A stretch of DNA of 51,898 nucleotides from Candidatus Zixiibacteriota bacterium (GTDB lineage: Bacteria > Zixibacteria > MSB-5A5 > UBA10806 > 4484-95). This document shows, in pieces, positions 7,340 to 17,169 of the stretch; within the stretch, counting starts at the first letter, position 1, and each line of letters begins with the position of its first letter. The position numbers and the translations under genes are program-made. Where the stretch lies: the NCBI GenBank assembly GCA_029932605.1, contig JAOZPT010000009.1, forward strand, positions 1-51,898. Reading direction: 5' to 3'. The notes under the pieces were generated by a model, which was not told where the DNA came from, ran no database searches, and saw only the letters and a program-made list of their open reading frames with translations.

Positions 7340-10111
7340 ATGATGATGTTAAAGAGAATATCAGGGGAGTTACCCATGATAGTAGTCATGGTATTGTTTA
7401 TTGTGGTGCTACCGTTTGCGTCTGTATTTTCTCAGGATGATGGATACTCTGGCGAACCCATTTGGATTTACGATTCTGACCTTTATGTCAGCCATGTGGA
7501 GGTTGCTGATTTGAACCAGGATGGCACAGATGATGTCATTGCCGGAGAGTATAGCTCGGATTATTACGGTGAGCCATCCATTGTTTTTGCACTTAATGGA
7601 GAGACCGGCGATACATTATGGACATATCAGCTTCAGGATGGTGTTCGCTCAATGACCATTGGCGATCTGAACAACGATGGCATTATGGATGTCATCGCCG
7701 GTGCGTCTTATCACTCAACGAATACACCGGATGGCAGAGTCCATGCCATCAACGGAGAGACCGGCATAGCTCTCTGGACTTATTATATTGGGGCAACTAT
7801 CGATGGTGTCACGATTGCCGACCTTAATGGTGATGATTACGTTGACGTAGCCGCTGCATCTTTCGATGATTATGTTTATGGTATAGATGGTTTAACGGGG
7901 GCAGGCCTATGGTCACACCTTGTTCGCAGTATGTGGGTAAACGATGTTGATGCTGGGGATGTTAACGGTGATGGAATTGATGATGTCGGTTATGCCCATG
8001 AATACTTGGCGGGTTATGACAATCGTTGTGGTGTGCTCGATGGCACTGATGGAACGATTATATGGGAAGATACAGTGGAATATGTTGTTCTTGATGTGTT
8101 AGTTTCAGATATTGATAGTGATGGCGAACTTGAGGCTATTTATAGCGGTGCTTTTGCTGATGATCATGGGGCGATATTTATTAGAAATGCTGCTGACGGT
8201 ACGATTGAGTGGGAACATGACTTAGGTTATCTAGAGCATGTTAATGGAGAGATAACCCTGTTTGAATTTGATATTGATGACGATGGTGACCTTGACCTAG
8301 TGGTCGGGAATAAAATCGGTTCATATTATATCTATGCATTCGAGGGTGATGTTGATGAGATCCTCTGGACATCGGAGGCTCTAGATGGATATCCTTTTGA
8401 CCTTGCTTTTGGTGATGTCATAGGAGATGGCAACCTGAATATTATCGCCTCTACCTGGGACCGAGTCCAGGTAGTGGATGTAAACACAGGTTTGAAAGTC
8501 TGGTATTACGGTGTTGCTGGCACCGTTATCAGTGTCGGCTGTGCCGATTTTGATGGTGATGGTATAAGTGATGTTGTTGCTGGTGGTGGAGCCAACTTCA
8601 GCGGTACACCACCTGACCCGGGGGAGAGCGTATGGGCTCTTAAGACGGTACAATCTCCGCTTCTCTGGGAATTTGAGTTTGGCGAATATGGTAATGCCAT
8701 TGCTTTAGGAGATCTAAACAGCGATGGTTGTGAGGATGTAATCACTGTTTGTTCACTAGATGACCAAGCCTGGGCTATAGATGGAAATACAGGCGAAGAA
8801 CTGTGGCATTGGACGGGTACCGAGAATCTTTATGCTGTAACCACCGGTGATTTCAACAATGACGGCCAGCTCGATGTTGCCGTTGCTGGTTATGACCAGA
8901 TAGTAACGGCTTTGGATGGAGAAGATGGCTCAGTTATGTGGCAGTTTACCACTCCAACCCAGCAGATTTATCGCAAATGTTTACAGGCGATGGATGTAAA
9001 TGGTGACGATAGTGTTGATGTCATTGCCGGGGCAAGAGATAATAATGTATATGCTATCCATGGAGGAAATGGAAACCAGATATGGGCGCAGAATGTCGGT
9101 GGTCAGGTTCACGAAATAGAGTTAGCACAGATGAATGGGATAGGTCCGTTTGATGTTGTTGTTGCAGTTGGTTCCGGTGGTGAGAAGGTGGTTGTGCTTG
9201 ATGGCGCCGACGGCGAGGTAATCTGGGATTATGCCGCACCTGAAGCGGTGGCGCATGTTGAGGTGTTTGATGTCAATAATGATGATATCCTTGATGTTGC
9301 AGCCGCTATTGCTCCATATAACCCCAAACAAATTATCATGATAGATGGCAATACCCACACAGCCCTTTGGAGTGAACTATTGCCGATACCATCCAATGTA
9401 TATGGCCTTGGTCACGGTTATCTTAATGGAGATAACGTACCCGATCTGCTTGTTCCTGGTAATTCAACCGACAAAAAAGTGTATGCCTTAAGCGGTGATG
9501 ATGGTCATGAGCTCTGGAGCTATCAGACCAACGGTGAAATCAACTGCGTTGTTGGGTATGATGTAGATGGTGACGGTAATTGTGATGCCATAGTTGGTTC
9601 TGACGACCAGAAAGTATATGTTATTAAGGGAGAGGATGGTTCATTAAGTTGGGATTATACTACCGTCGGTGATGTGATGCAATTACTAATCGGTGACCTC
9701 AATTGCAATGACTTGCCCAATATCGTTTGTGTAACATTCGATTCGGATGGTGTTGTATATGCCTTCCGTTCCTTGGCATCTGGCCCGGGACCCGGTTGTG
9801 ATTATATACCTGGCGATGCCAACGGTGATGGCAATGTCATGGGTAATGATGTGACCTATTCGGTTCGTTATTTCAAGGGGCTCGGTGCTTCACCGCCAGA
9901 TAGTTGCTGGAATACCGAAACGGAGGAATGGTTGTATTCGGGTGGTGATGCCAATGGCAATTGTTCTTATACCGGTTCGGATGTGACATTCTTGGTGGGG
10001 TATTTCAAGGGTTACAATCCGGAGATACTTTACTGTCCTCAGACGCCACCGGCAGGTGGTTTGTTACTGAAGTCAAGAAATAGATATGGGCGGTCAACAA
10101 TATTAAAGTGA
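7340..10111 (+). CDS. Secreted FG-GAP/PQQ-like repeat (beta-propeller) protein with C-terminal dockerin-like domain
   Basis: Signal peptide (start may be 7376). Many ~50-aa repeats D[LVF]N.DG..D[VI]...[VA].A[IL][DN]G..G..[LI]W. C-terminal duplicated Ca-loop GDANGDGNVMGNDVTY / GDANGNCSYTGSDVTF. Confidence 0.88.
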   Translation: MMMLKRISGELPMIVVMVLFIVVLPFASVFSQDDGYSGEPIWIYDSDLYVSHVEVADLNQDGTDDVIAGEYSSDYYGEPSIVFALNGETGDTLWTYQLQDGVRSMTIGDLNNDGIMDVIAGASYHSTNTPDGRVHAINGETGIALWTYYIGATIDGVTIADLNGDDYVDVAAASFDDYVYGIDGLTGAGLWSHLVRSMWVNDVDAGDVNGDGIDDVGYAHEYLAGYDNRCGVLDGTDGTIIWEDTVEYVVLDVLVSDIDSDGELEAIYSGAFADDHGAIFIRNAADGTIEWEHDLGYLEHVNGEITLFEFDIDDDGDLDLVVGNKIGSYYIYAFEGDVDEILWTSEALDGYPFDLAFGDVIGDGNLNIIASTWDRVQVVDVNTGLKVWYYGVAGTVISVGCADFDGDGISDVVAGGGANFSGTPPDPGESVWALKTVQSPLLWEFEFGEYGNAIALGDLNSDGCEDVITVCSLDDQAWAIDGNTGEELWHWTGTENLYAVTTGDFNNDGQLDVAVAGYDQIVTALDGEDGSVMWQFTTPTQQIYRKCLQAMDVNGDDSVDVIAGARDNNVYAIHGGNGNQIWAQNVGGQVHEIELAQMNGIGPFDVVVAVGSGGEKVVVLDGADGEVIWDYAAPEAVAHVEVFDVNNDDILDVAAAIAPYNPKQIIMIDGNTHTALWSELLPIPSNVYGLGHGYLNGDNVPDLLVPGNSTDKKVYALSGDDGHELWSYQTNGEINCVVGYDVDGDGNCDAIVGSDDQKVYVIKGEDGSLSWDYTTVGDVMQLLIGDLNCNDLPNIVCVTFDSDGVVYAFRSLASGPGPGCDYIPGDANGDGNVMGNDVTYSVRYFKGLGASPPDSCWNTETEEWLYSGGDANGNCSYTGSDVTFLVGYFKGYNPEILYCPQTPPAGGLLLKSRNRYGRSTILK

Positions 10112-10154
10112 GGCAGATTCAAATAAACATTTCGGTTTAGCGATAAACTCTTCG

Positions 10155-10183
10155 GGCGTCGGTGCTGTGCCGACGCCTTTTTT
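10155..10183 (+). terminator. Rho-independent terminator
   Basis: GGCGTCGG-tgctgtg-CCGACGCC followed by TTTTTT, 43 nt after the stop at 10111. Confidence 0.9.
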
Positions 10184-10278
10184 ATTTATAAAGGGTTTTG
10201 ATTAGGGTTGAATTATATTATAAAATTGATTATAAGCCATATAGTGGGCACATATAGGGTGTCCTTACGTAATAAAAA

Positions 10279-13200
10279 ATGATGAGAAGCTTAATTGTAT
10301 CTTCCATTTTAACTATCTGCATGGCCTGTTGTTGCTTGTCCGCAGATACAAAAGAAAAACCTTTAGATCTGGTGCACGCCGACAGGCTTTTGTCAAGCGG
10401 TGAGGATATCAATAACGTAACCAATTTGATAGGTAATGTGCACCTTAAACATGGTTCTACCCAGTTGTGGTCCAGCAGGGCTGTCTGGTATAAAAAAACC
10501 GATGTCGTTGTGTTTATAGATTCAGTGAGGCTGGTCGATGGTTCCCGTATTTTGACCGGTCAGATGTTGACTTACTATCGGAATCTCGGCTCGGCTACTG
10601 TTACCGGTGATGTTGTAATGATGGATCAACGTGAGGAGTTAAAGATTTCCGCATCCAGAGTGGATTACGATAAGGATAAGGATATATTTATTGCCACAGG
10701 TGGTTTGAAGGAATCTGAACAACCCGTTTTTACGATATATCCAGATGATGAGTATTCGAGGACGAGGATAACAAGTGACACCATTATATATAGGGCAGGT
10801 GAAAAGATCGGTTTTGCCAATGGAAGTGTCGTTATAACGCGAAATGATATGGTCGCTACCTGTACTCAAGCAGAGTTCCGCGAATCTGGAGAGGAAATAA
10901 TCCTCGTCGGGGAACCTCAGGTTATCCAGGGTAAAAATTTGTTGGAAGGTGATGAGATAAAGTTACGTACAAAGGACAGGACCCTGACCAGGATGGTAAT
11001 AGATGGAAAGGCTAAGGCTACTTATCTCTCCCAGCCGGATACTGCTTTGGATCAATATACCAAAGCAATACTTGAGGGTAAACAGCTTGAGGTATTTTTT
11101 AGCGACGACAAGCCGTTTAAGTCGGTGATGCGTCGAAACGCTACCAGCCATTATATCCCGGCCGTGAACGATACTTTTGTTAGAGGTGTAAATGTCGCCA
11201 GCGGCGATTCCATAACCCTCTTTTTTGACGGATCGCAGGTAGATCGTGTGTTGATTTTAGGCGGAGCTCGTGGTCACTATGTTGAGAATAAATTACATGA
11301 TGGTGAGGTTGTGCCGGAAACAACTTATTACAATGGTCAGCAGATCGATTACAAGGTAAATGAGAGCCTGATAGAGTTGTTGTGGCATTCCAGATTGAAA
11401 TATCAGAAAATGTCATTGGATGCGGACCGGATACTTTACAATATTAACGATGAAATATTAATTGCCGAGGGGTTAGCCGAGAAGACGGATTCAGGTGAGG
11501 TGGTAGTTGGCTCACCTGTTTTGCGGGAGGGTGGTGATGAGCTTTATGGCAAGCGCATGACTTACAATATTCGCACAAGAAAGGGCAAAGTTGAACTTGG
11601 TGAAACTGAATTTGAAGGTGGGTTTTATAAAGGGAAACTTTTAAGGCAGGTTGAGAAAGATGTTTTGTATGTCAATTCCGGTTATTACACAACCTGCAAT
11701 CTCGAAAAACCGCATTATTATTTTTACAGTCAAAAAATGAAGATGATAACGAAGGATAAAGTGATTGCCAAACCGGTTATTCTATTTATTGGTTCGCTTC
11801 CGGTAATGGCCATTCCCTATTATGTGTTTCCCATTCGTAAAGGCCGCCATTCCGGTTTCTTAACATTTGAACTGGGTAACTTTGAGGAAGGGGAAAGGTT
11901 CATTAGGAACCTTGGCTATTATTGGGCTGCCTCCGATTACTGGGATATACAGACTAGCCTGGATTTTTACGAGAGCGAAAAGGTTGTCATCAATGGCAAG
12001 ATGAATTATGCTTTAAGATACAGGCTGAATGGAATGGTGGGCGGTTCGTTTACCCGCCAGACAGATTGGGTGGATTATGAGAGAAATGTTCGCCTTAGAT
12101 GGGGATTGAATTTTTCCCATAACCAGACATTAACACCAACATTGTCTTTAAGGGCTGGCGGTACATTTCAATCCGATAAAACCTATAATCAGGATAATAA
12201 CTATGATCCCGAGGAAAGATTGAACAGAACTGTTAGGTCTAACGCAAGTCTTACCCAACGATGGAAATCGGCCTCGATGTCGGTGGCATTGGATCAGAGT
12301 TGGAACCTTGATACCGATGTTAAGATTCAGCTTTTGCCAACGATATCATTTTCCCGGAGTTCTCTGCCCATAATAACGCCACCGTCAAAAAAGAAGAGGA
12401 GCAACAAAAGAATATTACCGTGGGAGGAGAAACCGGAGGAAGCTCCTCAGAGATGGTACCATTCGATATATTTTTCTATAAGTAGTAAGTTTCAAAATAA
12501 ACGTAATCAGAGCAAAAAGAACGATATCCTTGATTGGCAAAATTTCAAGACGCTGGATTCACGGATAAATATATCGTCGCCTCAAAAGTTGTTAGGAATT
12601 TTAACTATCAGTCCTACCGCCTCAATAAGACAAACGTTTTACAAAATAGATAAGGTTCATATAGCCGATACCGTCGATGTTGTTACAGATGATTATTTTC
12701 GCCGTGAGGTTTGGTCAGCTGGTCTCAATGCGAAAACCACTCTTTATGGAGCGGTCTATCCGAAAATTTTCCATATCACTGGTCTGCGCCATGTAATGAC
12801 GCCATCGGTAAGCTATGGTTATGCCCCAAAAACTGAACGTAATAAACAGTATTATGATTACACGAGGGTCGGTTCATCAAGCCGTAAAAAAAAGAGCATG
12901 TCTTTTTCACTATCTAACCTTTTTCAGATGAAATTTCAAAAAGGAGATGAGGAGCTGAAACTTGACCTTTTCAATCTGAATTTTTCGACAATTTATGATT
13001 TTGAGAAAGAGGAGAAAAAATGGGGTGATTTATCCAGTGTTGTTAACAGCAGAGCCTTGAAAATTGTCGATCTTAGCATAAGCTCGACTCACAGTTTTTA
13101 TGATGAAATAACCGGCCGGAGACGACTGTTTGATCCGAGGTTGGTTAGCATCTCTGCCTCGGTAAATTTCTCACATAGGTTTCGATTCCCGGGGATAAAA

Positions 13201-13611
13201 GGAGAAGCTCTTGAAGAAGAAGAGAAAGATACAACGTTTGCTAAAGATAAGGTGAAAGGGGGACGCTCGAAAGGTGGAGATAAAAATTCTCTTCTTGTAA
13301 GTATCTCTCACAGATATTCTGAACGGCATAGTCTTGGGGATGTTTCGAAAACAAGATGGATAGACGCTTCATTTGACCTTGGCCTGACAGCCGGATGGCG
13401 GATAAAATATGATTGTCATTATGATCTTGAGTTGAAACGGGCGAGCTCGCAGAATTTAAAGTTGAGCCGTGACCTTCACTGCTGGCAGGGTGAATTTGTC
13501 TGGGTGCCGACAGGACCGTTGGCTGGATATTATTTCAGAATCAATATAAAGAAACTTCCAGATATAAAAATTGAACAAACCGTAGGTGGCGTTAGAGGAA
13601 AATATTATTGA
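10279..13611 (+). CDS. lptD: LPS-assembly protein LptD with an extended N-terminal OstA/LptA-like beta-jellyroll region
   Basis: Signal peptide; repeated L.G.V / AD.I.Y jellyroll strands; YTTC...PHY, P.YVFP...RHSGFL and RDLHCW motifs typical of FCB-type LptD; amphipathic barrel strands. Confidence 0.88.
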   Translation: MMRSLIVSSILTICMACCCLSADTKEKPLDLVHADRLLSSGEDINNVTNLIGNVHLKHGSTQLWSSRAVWYKKTDVVVFIDSVRLVDGSRILTGQMLTYYRNLGSATVTGDVVMMDQREELKISASRVDYDKDKDIFIATGGLKESEQPVFTIYPDDEYSRTRITSDTIIYRAGEKIGFANGSVVITRNDMVATCTQAEFRESGEEIILVGEPQVIQGKNLLEGDEIKLRTKDRTLTRMVIDGKAKATYLSQPDTALDQYTKAILEGKQLEVFFSDDKPFKSVMRRNATSHYIPAVNDTFVRGVNVASGDSITLFFDGSQVDRVLILGGARGHYVENKLHDGEVVPETTYYNGQQIDYKVNESLIELLWHSRLKYQKMSLDADRILYNINDEILIAEGLAEKTDSGEVVVGSPVLREGGDELYGKRMTYNIRTRKGKVELGETEFEGGFYKGKLLRQVEKDVLYVNSGYYTTCNLEKPHYYFYSQKMKMITKDKVIAKPVILFIGSLPVMAIPYYVFPIRKGRHSGFLTFELGNFEEGERFIRNLGYYWAASDYWDIQTSLDFYESEKVVINGKMNYALRYRLNGMVGGSFTRQTDWVDYERNVRLRWGLNFSHNQTLTPTLSLRAGGTFQSDKTYNQDNNYDPEERLNRTVRSNASLTQRWKSASMSVALDQSWNLDTDVKIQLLPTISFSRSSLPIITPPSKKKRSNKRILPWEEKPEEAPQRWYHSIYFSISSKFQNKRNQSKKNDILDWQNFKTLDSRINISSPQKLLGILTISPTASIRQTFYKIDKVHIADTVDVVTDDYFRREVWSAGLNAKTTLYGAVYPKIFHITGLRHVMTPSVSYGYAPKTERNKQYYDYTRVGSSSRKKKSMSFSLSNLFQMKFQKGDEELKLDLFNLNFSTIYDFEKEEKKWGDLSSVVNSRALKIVDLSISSTHSFYDEITGRRRLFDPRLVSISASVNFSHRFRFPGIKGEALEEEEKDTTFAKDKVKGGRSKGGDKNSLLVSISHRYSERHSLGDVSKTRWIDASFDLGLTAGWRIKYDCHYDLELKRASSQNLKLSRDLHCWQGEFVWVPTGPLAGYYFRINIKKLPDIKIEQTVGGVRGKYY

Positions 13612-13670
13612 GGTAATTCCTTGAGATCGTACAGACACAAGAAAAATGCCGTTATCTTAAGAAAAATGTG

Positions 13671-13700
13671 TTGACATGATGTTGTAATGAATGGTAGGAT
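13671..13700 (+). promoter_or_regulatory. sigma70-type promoter of hup
   Basis: TTGACA-N18-TAGGAT with extended -10 TG. Confidence 0.5.
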
Positions 13701-13749
13701 ATCAGCGGTATAATGGTTTAATAATCAATCCTACTCAAGGAGGGTCTAA

Positions 13750-14022
13750 ATGAATAAAGAGATGATGATTGAAAAAGTCTCTAAGGATGCCGGTATCAAC
13801 AAGACCCAGGCGAACAAAGCCTTAAAATCGGTTCTTGACGGTATCACTCGCAGTTTAAAAAGGGGGCAGAAGGTGACGTTAGTCGGGTTCGGTACATTTG
13901 CTGTAAGCAACCGTAAAGCCCGCAACGGTCGCAATCCCCAGACCGGGGCTACCATAAGAATCCCGGGAGGCAAGGTTCCCCGGTTTAAGGCAAGCAAGAA
14001 TTTGAAGGATGCTGTAAGGTAG
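13750..14022 (+). CDS. hup: DNA-binding protein HU
   Basis: 90 aa; MNK...VTLVGFGTF...RKARNGRNPQTG.TI.IP...VPRFKAS; AAGGAGG RBS. Confidence 0.97.
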   Translation: MNKEMMIEKVSKDAGINKTQANKALKSVLDGITRSLKRGQKVTLVGFGTFAVSNRKARNGRNPQTGATIRIPGGKVPRFKASKNLKDAVR

Positions 14023-14290
14023 CCGGGTCCGATAGAAGTTAAGTAGCATATAAATATAAACTATCTTATGTATTGATAGGGGTTAAGGTATTGGTTTGTA
14101 AATCTATGAGCTTGTTGGATCAGTGTTGCTTAAATAAAGTTATATATAAATTTTCATAGCTATGTAATTCCTACCAACGTAGAAGCTTTGATATGATGGT
14201 AACGGGTATTTGCCCGAGGAATCTTACCGATTTGATGGTTTGAATGTATATAAGGAATAGTTTTTCAAACCATAAACTTATTACTTCCTG

Positions 14291-14318
14291 TTGACATAAA
14301 GCGATAAAGATGTATCTT
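14291..14318 (+). promoter_or_regulatory. sigma70-type promoter directly abutting the start codon
   Basis: TTGACA-N16-TATCTT, 8 nt before the ATG at 14327; no SD. Confidence 0.5.
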
Positions 14319-14326
14319 CGCACACA

Positions 14327-15523
14327 ATGGAACTTGTCGTTTGTTTCGTTTTAATTGTTGTACTTGTCCGTTTAAAAGTTCCTGTTGGTGTAACATTGTT
14401 AGCAACATCAGTGTTACTGGCATTATTGGAATTCGGTTTTTCTGTTAAGTTTATCGAACCATTTTATCTAACTTTAGTTGATTTTAAAACCTGGCGTTTG
14501 GTTTTAACGATAATCTTGATTGTTACTTTAGGTGATCTTTTATCGTCTATCGGTTATTTGACAAGAATGGTTCGTGCTTTAAAAGCTTATATAAGTCCCC
14601 GGGCTGTGTCACGAATTGCTCCAGCCCTGATAGGCCTTTTACCGATGCCGGGGGGAGCGATGGTCTCAGCGCCCATCGTCGAAGAGCTTGCCGTAGGTGA
14701 AAATCTTTCAGCGGAAATTAAAACTGCCTCGAATTTCTGGTGGCGTCATGTCTGGGAACCGGTCTGGCCGTTGTATCAATCGGTTATACTGGCAGCGGCT
14801 ATTCTTGATATAACCGTTTGGCAGGTGGCCTTTATCACCTTTCCCATAACAATCGCTTGTATTTTGTCCGGTTTGTTTCTGATGTCATTGCCATTGTCAA
14901 GAGAAAGGGTTCCGGGTCGTGGGGTCTGGTTGTTTCTAAAGGAGATATTTTTATCATTGTGGCCGGTATTTTATATTGTGCTTTTAGGCTTGATATTTAA
15001 AATTGATTTAGTGATTTCGGTATTTTCTGTTTTCGTGATATTTTTGGCAGGCCGCATCACAAATTTCAAAATTGTTTATAAAAGTTTCAGAAGGGGGTTC
15101 TCGTTTGATGTCTTTATTTTGTTTATTGCAGCTTTGGCTTTGATGAAAATTATCGCATCGGGCCAATCTGCTATCAGGATGTCAGCGACTTTGCAGGCCT
15201 GGGGCATACCTTCTGACCTAGTGGTTTTTAGCTTGCCATTTCTTGTGGGTTTATTGACCGGATTGACATCTGCTTATGTGGGCGTTGGATTTCCAATTGT
15301 GAGTTCGATGTTTGTTCTTTCTGGCGGTTTAACCTCGGGTGTTTTATTAGCCTATGGCGGTGGTTTGATGGGCATAATGGCATCGCCCGTGCATTTATGC
15401 CTTGTTTTAACCAAAAATTACTTTAAAGCCGAATTTAAAGGTATATACCGATATCTTGTTCCCGTGATTTTGGCTGCCTCGGTTTTCATTTTTATCATTA
15501 AATATATATTTTATCCAAACTAA
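14327..15523 (+). CDS. DUF401-family polytopic membrane protein (ion-transporter-superfamily-like)
   Basis: About 11-12 hydrophobic segments; PALIGLLPMPGGAMVSAP, NFWWRHVWE..WPLY, GLLTG and SPVHLCLVLT motifs. Confidence 0.85.
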   Translation: MELVVCFVLIVVLVRLKVPVGVTLLATSVLLALLEFGFSVKFIEPFYLTLVDFKTWRLVLTIILIVTLGDLLSSIGYLTRMVRALKAYISPRAVSRIAPALIGLLPMPGGAMVSAPIVEELAVGENLSAEIKTASNFWWRHVWEPVWPLYQSVILAAAILDITVWQVAFITFPITIACILSGLFLMSLPLSRERVPGRGVWLFLKEIFLSLWPVFYIVLLGLIFKIDLVISVFSVFVIFLAGRITNFKIVYKSFRRGFSFDVFILFIAALALMKIIASGQSAIRMSATLQAWGIPSDLVVFSLPFLVGLLTGLTSAYVGVGFPIVSSMFVLSGGLTSGVLLAYGGGLMGIMASPVHLCLVLTKNYFKAEFKGIYRYLVPVILAASVFIFIIKYIFYPN

Positions 15524-15524
15524 T

Positions 15525-15551
15525 TTAAGACATACCTCACCTTGCCGATAA
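15525..15551 (+). promoter_or_regulatory. sigma28 (FliA/SigD)-type promoter
   Basis: TTAAGACA-N11-GCCGATAA; the -10 octamer is perfect and the spacing is exact. Confidence 0.55.
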
Positions 15552-15574
15552 ATTAAATACAAAGGAGAGGCTAA

Positions 15575-15826
15575 ATGGGTGATTTAACAGTTATCATTTT
15601 GTCAATTGGCATGGTGATTTTATGCTGGACAATAATCAGGGTTAATGATAAAGTTGACCGCCACATAGCACGGTTTAAGAAATTTGAAAAGGCTTTGAAG
15701 AAGAACTCTACTGGTAAGGTTCGCACCACTCAAAATAAGGAAATCTCCAGCAAAATTAATGTGCCATCGGCAAAAACTTCGATGGATGTTCGAAGTAAAA
15801 ATATCCAGTTTATTGCCAGAAAGTAA
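15575..15826 (+). CDS. Small single-pass membrane protein with a basic tail, function unknown
   Basis: AAGGAGAGG RBS; N-terminal hydrophobic helix followed by a Lys-rich region. Confidence 0.7.
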   Translation: MGDLTVIILSIGMVILCWTIIRVNDKVDRHIARFKKFEKALKKNSTGKVRTTQNKEISSKINVPSAKTSMDVRSKNIQFIARK

Positions 15827-15990
15827 CTTGAGAGTACCCGTTAGCACTGCGATTGGATAGATTCATTATCCTGAAACGGGTGATAATTATCAGGTTTTAC
15901 AATATTTTTATATATTAAATGGTTGCTTTCAAGATCATGTGAGATTATTATTCTATATAGTTATTTTAGTTTTTTTAATGGTTTTTTTGG

Positions 15991-16018
15991 GGAACTATTT
16001 ATTAATGTTTATGTATAA
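15991..16018 (+). promoter_or_regulatory. ECF-type (RpoE-like) promoter, probably autoregulatory
   Basis: GGAACT-N16-GTATAA, 26 nt upstream of the ECF sigma gene. Confidence 0.5.
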
Positions 16019-16044
16019 TTTACAGAATATGAAAGAGGTATATT

Positions 16045-16641
16045 TTGGAAAAAATGAGTGATAGAGAACTTTTCTCACAGATTACCGCTGATGATGAGAG
16101 GGCATTTACGGTTTTTGTTAAGCGATATAAAGATCGCCTTTTCAATTTTGTTGCCCGAATAATTCCCGAGAGGGAGACGGCGGAGGATATTCTTCAGGAG
16201 ACATTTTTGCGTGTTTACAATCAGCGTAAAAACTACAGCCCGGATTATGCGTTATCGACATGGGTTTATACGATAGCCCTAAATTTAGTACGTTCAGAGC
16301 TTCGCAAGAGGAAGCTTCGTCGTTACATGAGCCTTGATTTTTTAAAGGAACAAAGTGACATAGAACTTCCAGATAGAACTAATCTTGAACCAGGCATGTT
16401 AAAGCCTTTATTAGAGAAAGCAGTTAAGACTCTACCAGAGGAGTATCGTATAGCTTTTATTTTGTGTGATATTAATCGTTTGCCCTATAACGAGATCGCT
16501 GAGGTTATGCGGGTGCCGGTGGGAACAGTTAAATCCCGTATCAATCGTGCCCGCAGTATGTTACGAGAAAAGTTGTTGCCATATAAGGAGTTAAACTATG
16601 GATTGTCGAAAGGTCTCCCAGAAACTATTTGCTTATATTGA
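16045..16641 (+). CDS. ECF sigma factor (RpoE/SigW-like)
   Basis: AEDILQETFLRV, STWVYTIALN, YNEIAEVM.VPVGTVKSRINRAR. Confidence 0.95.
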   Translation: MEKMSDRELFSQITADDERAFTVFVKRYKDRLFNFVARIIPERETAEDILQETFLRVYNQRKNYSPDYALSTWVYTIALNLVRSELRKRKLRRYMSLDFLKEQSDIELPDRTNLEPGMLKPLLEKAVKTLPEEYRIAFILCDINRLPYNEIAEVMRVPVGTVKSRINRARSMLREKLLPYKELNYGLSKGLPETICLY

Positions 16642-17158
16642 GGATGACCTTACCCCCGTTGAAAAAAATGGGCTTGAGGAACATCTTAAAATATGTGGCT
16701 TTTGTCAGCGAAAACTTGCAGATTGCAAGTTGCTGATGGCAGCTACTAAAGAAATTGAGCCACTTTCTCCAGGACCTCATTTTGTCAACAGAGTCCTCTG
16801 CGCAATCAACCAGAAAAGACGCCCGATAGAGTTATTGACAGATTGGAAATATAGGCTAACGCTTTCGGGTATGGCTTTTGCCATTGCTGCATGTTTAACA
16901 TTTTTTATTGTAGGTCCCCCGACATCTAACTGGGAAATGTCAGCACCAAGAATAAAAGATACCCCTTCTTTTTCAAATCAAGTGGAAAATCCAGGTGTGC
17001 AGAAAGGGTTTCCAGTTCCTGAGAATATTTTAAAAAGGGATATGGCCTTAGTTGGTAAAATCATCACTGATTCTACTATCCACGATTCTATCGTGCTACC
17101 CAAATACTATGTTCAACCTGTTGGAATAAAAAGGGAGAATAATAAAAGGGTTTTTTAA
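16598..17158 (+). CDS. Zinc-binding anti-sigma factor (ZAS, zf-HC2) with one TM helix
   Basis: MDC...HLKICGFC (HxxxCxxC); TM helix at about aa 85-105; overlaps the sigma gene; AAGGAG RBS. Confidence 0.9.
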   Translation: MDCRKVSQKLFAYIEDDLTPVEKNGLEEHLKICGFCQRKLADCKLLMAATKEIEPLSPGPHFVNRVLCAINQKRRPIELLTDWKYRLTLSGMAFAIAACLTFFIVGPPTSNWEMSAPRIKDTPSFSNQVENPGVQKGFPVPENILKRDMALVGKIITDSTIHDSIVLPKYYVQPVGIKRENNKRVF

Positions 17159-17169
17159 ATGGAGAATAG

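Noticed and set aside
7450..9780. Recurrent GATGGT/GATGTT-like nucleotide repeats that might be a CRISPR array or VNTR
   Set aside because: Explained by degenerate FG-GAP protein repeats in one frame; no identical repeat-spacer structure and no cas genes
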